A stretch of DNA of 63,829 bases, filler included, from Chiloscyllium plagiosum (taxonomy: Eukaryota), in assembly GCF_004010195.1 (NCBI RefSeq). It is 5 parts of one record of this genome, joined end to end, with 100 filler letters (N's around TTAATTAATTAA, not from the genome) between each part and the next. Parts side by side here need not be neighbours in the genome. Positions count along the whole stretch, not along the records: positions 56,480 to 60,942 come from NC_057711.1; positions 61,043 to 63,829 come from NC_057711.1; 3 more parts are not named here. One strand, given 5' to 3'. This document shows positions 60,574 through 63,829 of this stretch, one piece after another. The translations under genes and the position numbers were made by a program. Each line of letters starts with the position of its first letter. Position 1 is the first letter of the stretch. Below the pieces are notes generated by a model that was given only the letters and a program-made list of their open reading frames with translations, did not search any database and was not told the DNA's origin.

Positions 60574-60942
60574 CTGTGTGCCCATGCATTTGTGTGTGTG
60601 TATGTGTGTGTGTGTGAGAAAGAGAGAGTGTGTGTGCGTGTTTGTTTTGGTGTGTGTGTGTGCACGTGTGTGTGTGTGAGAGAGAGTGTGTGTGGATGTT
60701 TGTGTGTGTAGGAGTGTGTTTGTGTGTGTGCATGTGAAAGAGTGTGTGTGGATGTTGTGTGTAGGAGTGTGTGTGCGTGTGTCTGTGTGTGCATGCGTGT
60801 GTGTGTGTGGATGTGTGTGTGCGTGGATGTGTGTGTGCATATGTGTGTGGATGTGAGTGTGTGCATGTGTGTCTGTGTGTGAGTGTGTGTGTGTGGATGT
60901 GTGTGTGTGAGTGCGTGCGCGCTTGTGTGTGAGAGTGTGTGT
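60574..60942. repeat. Long imperfect (TG)n microsatellite ending in a gap
   Basis: Directly visible in the sequence. Confidence 0.95.
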
Positions 60943-61042
60943 NNNNNNNNNNNNNNNNNNNNNNNNNNNNNNNNNNNNNNNNNNNNTTAATTAATTAANN
61001 NNNNNNNNNNNNNNNNNNNNNNNNNNNNNNNNNNNNNNNNNN

Positions 61043-61341
61043 CTCCAGTTTCCTCATTTCCCCTCCCCCCACATTGTCTCAGTCATATCCCTTGAACTCA
61101 GCACCGCCTTCCTAACCTCTTCGCCCCCACCCCACTCCGGCCTATCACACTCACCTTGACCTCCCTCCACTATTGCATTTCCAAAGCCCCTCCCCCAAGT
61201 CCCTCCTCCCTACCGTTTATCTTAGCCTGCTGGACACACTATCCTCATCCCTGAAGAAGGGCTTATGCCCGAAACGTCGATTCTCCTGTTCCTTGGATGC
61301 TGCCTGACCTGCTGTGCTTTTCCAGCAACACATTTTCAGCT
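61043..61341 (+). mobile_element. PLE-A 3' end / pseudo-LTR with an intact HHR at 61251-61278
   Basis: C-rich tract, then CTGAAGAAGGGCTTATGCCCGAAACGTC and the tail. Confidence 0.9.
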
Positions 61342-61485
61342 GTAAGGTATGATTCCATGAGTATGACTATGTCATGAGGCATCTCTCCCAAAACACCAGT
61401 TCCATAGTCAAAAGGCTGTTGTGCTCCCAGATTAATATTGTCAGTCCAAAATTGTCCAGTACAGTTCTTGGCATTTGCCTCAGAC

Positions 61486-62052
61486 ATGGTAGGTGGGGGA
61501 AATCAGCACTCCACTTTGTAGGCATTATGCGAGAGTTCCTGCTGGATCATATGCTCCACAGGCAGCACTTCCTTTTCCTCCAGCACCAACAGAAGGGGCC
61601 AGAATACTAGAACATGCCAGCCTGGGTTGCAGTTGCCGTCCAAGCCACAGCAGCGTCAGCCAGCTGGAGGAATATTCAGCACAGTAGAAAGAAGGACAAT
61701 GTCCTTCTCCAATTCACCAGGGTAGGTGCCCCTGTCTTCTCTCCATGCCTGACACTCCGTTATCTTGGCTACTGGACCACCTCCAACTAAGGCTTATGCT
61801 CTACCACTCTCTCTAATGCATACATCCACCCCATCATAGCCCTTGACTAGTAACCTTGCAATCTCATTACATGGACCCTCACTCACTCAGGACACCTCCC
61901 TACCTGCATCAACTGTAATAGCTGTATCTCCCAATCTCACCTTCTAAGGTCCCTGCCTCTCTCCCATTCCAGGAGCAAATCAGCACAGGACAGGGCAGAA
62001 AGAATGGGTGGTGGCCTGCTCGCCATTGAGCTCCTCACCCTTTATCCTGAGT
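61486..62052 (+). pseudogene. Spliced Myb/SANT-like (trihelix, NAIF1/MSANTD-type) gene remnant of a PIF/Harbinger transposon
   Basis: Exon 1 GKSALHFVGIMREFLLDHMLHRQHFLF...*..PAWVAVAVQATAASASWRNIQHSRKKDNVLLQFTR|GTAGGT (61722). Acceptor CCATTCCAG (61972). Exon 2 KSAQDRAERMGGGLLAIELLTLY. Contains a stop and frameshifts. Confidence 0.65.
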
Positions 62053-63244
62053 CAGATCATCCCAAACAATGCCTGAACTTGTATTGGATGGTGTTGGATT
62101 TACCGGGCTGGGATCCCCTGAGTGAATGTTTCCTTGCTTGACTGGACTGAGGCCTGCTGTCAAATGTGGCAAGTTTCCTGGGTTTGTGACTGTGCAAGAT
62201 ACAATGAGTGAATGTTATGACATCATGTAAAGAGCCCAGAGGTGCAGCTTGGTCCAGTCCACGAGCTGGGTGCATGTCCCTGAGTACAAAACGTTCTATC
62301 ATTATTGTGATAGTTGCTAGTGCAGTCCCAGGTGCATCACCAAAGTACAAAAGCATCTTATAAGTGGATCAGACATGAGTCATGAGGCTGGCACATGTCA
62401 GATATCAGTTCCATGGATGTGGGTGCATGTGGCCAGTGCCCATGGAGCATGCCCGAGAGGTTGGCAACCAATGTTCAACATGGAGGTCTTTTGTGTAGCA
62501 AGCAACAAGTTGGACCCATTAAGAACGTGCTCTGGTTTCCATGTCAAGTTTTCCCAATGGCTTGATTGTAGGGCAAGTTTGGTAAGATTTCAACTTGCAT
62601 TGAATCGAACTATTAACAAGACGTTTAAAAAGTAATAAAGAAGGTCAATTGGAAACTGACTGCTGTTTAGCAAGAATCTCACCATGCTGCTTTAGAAAAG
62701 TGTACAAGATACAGCAAGATAATCTCAGTGCAAGGTAGAGACTTGCCAAACATCTTGCTCAATTCTGCCATATGTCACCATTGTCCCCACTGCTCAGAGC
62801 CTCAGAAGATTCCACCCTCTGTTTCTCTGATGTTGTCTGAAGGACTGAGTATTTCTAGCAATTTCTGTTTCTTTTGTTGCCAGTTTTTGGCTTCTGAAAT
62901 GTGGTAGGAATTGAACGAGTCCGTGTACTGCTTCAAATGGGTTTTGTTGTAGAGGGGCAGAAGGAAAGTAAACACTGATATTTAGTTCACGAAGGGAGCA
63001 TGTTCGAAGTTATGGTCTGATAATTCTTTATTTTAGAATGTGTAAAATAAATATGTAGCAAATATATGAATTCCTTATATTAATGGTATTAATCAAGCAA
63101 GGTCCTTTTATAAGGTAGTAGCTGGAATTTGAGAACCAATTTCAGTCTTTTAGGATTGTAGTGGTATTTATACATCAAATCAAATTCTCCAACAATAACA
63201 ATAGCGATGGGAAACTTGGAGAGGCGGGGTAGTTGCTTATCATT

Positions 63245-63829
63245 GCTGTGGTTCTGTTCGCCGAGCTGGAAGTTTTTGTTGCAAACGTTTCGTCCCCTGT
63301 CGAGGTGACATCCTCAGTGCTTGGGAGCCTCCTGTGAAGTGCTTCTGTGGTGTTTCCTCTGGCATTTATAGTGGCCTGTCCTTGTCGCTTCCGGTTGTCA
63401 GTTTCAGCTGTCCGCTGTAGTGGCCGGTATATTGGCTCCAGGTCTATGAGTTTGTTGATGGAGTTTATGGATGAGTGCCAAGCTTCTAGGAATTCCCTGG
63501 CTGTTCTTTGTTTCGCTTGCCCTATAATGGTAGTGTTGTCCCAGTCAAATTCATGTTGCTTGTCGTCTGCGTGTGTGGCTACTAGGGATAGCTGGTCATG
63601 TCGTTTCGTGGCTAGTTGATGTTCGTGGATGCAGATCGTTAGCTGTCTTCCTGTTTGTCCTATATAGTGTTTTGTGCAGTCCTTGCATGCAATTTTGTAC
63701 ACTACATTAGTTTTACTCATGCTGGGTATCGGGTCCTTCGCTTTGGTGAGTTGTTGTCTGAGAGTGGCTGTTGGTGTGTGTGCGCGCTGTTATAAGTCCT
63801 AGTGGTCGCAGTAGTCTGGCTGTCAGTTC
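63245..63829 (-). mobile_element. Penelope/Poseidon-type PLE 3' part: GIY-YIG endonuclease plus pseudo-LTR, continuing beyond the window
   Basis: NVVYKIACKDCTKHYIGQTGRQL...HEH...AREFLEAWHS...N. One frameshift near 63780 in the upstream linker (ELTARLLRPLG..PTATLRQQL..KDP). Confidence 0.94.
63281..63320 (-). ncRNA. Minimal hammerhead ribozyme motif (Poseidon-type)
   Basis: Reverse complement GCA-CTGAGGA-T-GTCACCT(CGAC)AGGGGAC-GAAAC-GTT-TGC. Confidence 0.75.

Noticed and set aside
59425..60866. His/Thr- and Cys/Val-rich ORFs
   Set aside because: Translations of (TG)n/(CA)n microsatellites.

Overview
This is eukaryotic, repeat-dominated sequence, almost certainly from a shark (inference from HE1/V-SINE-type SINEs and their HER1-type CR1 LINE partners). 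It is probably an intron or gene desert, and no complete host gene is present. Well over half the window is decayed transposable elements: many CR1 LINE fragments (including one zinc-finger/leucine-zipper/SGNH-esterase ORF1), L2 and RTE remnants, three tRNA-headed SINE families, solo-LTR candidates and a spliced PIF/Harbinger Myb/SANT-like pseudogene. The most striking component is a dense set of Penelope-like element (PLE) pieces from at least four lineages. These carry minimal hammerhead ribozyme (HHR) motifs whose stem II covaries between lineages. They often occur as 110-320 bp fold-back mini-elements with 12-15 bp target-site duplications (TSDs), some with an HHR in both polarities. Other notable items are a strong orphan minus-strand exon candidate (46555-46733), an SVA-like VNTR-bearing retroelement (48088-49235), a complex palindrome plus templated-insertion scar (18723-18935), a DR1-spaced nuclear-receptor half-site array (34727-34800) and several enhancer-like unique islands. 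There are seven assembly gaps; four of them contain an artificial TTAATTAATTAA linker. Boundaries of old repeats are approximate, and family names come from motif recognition, not database searches.
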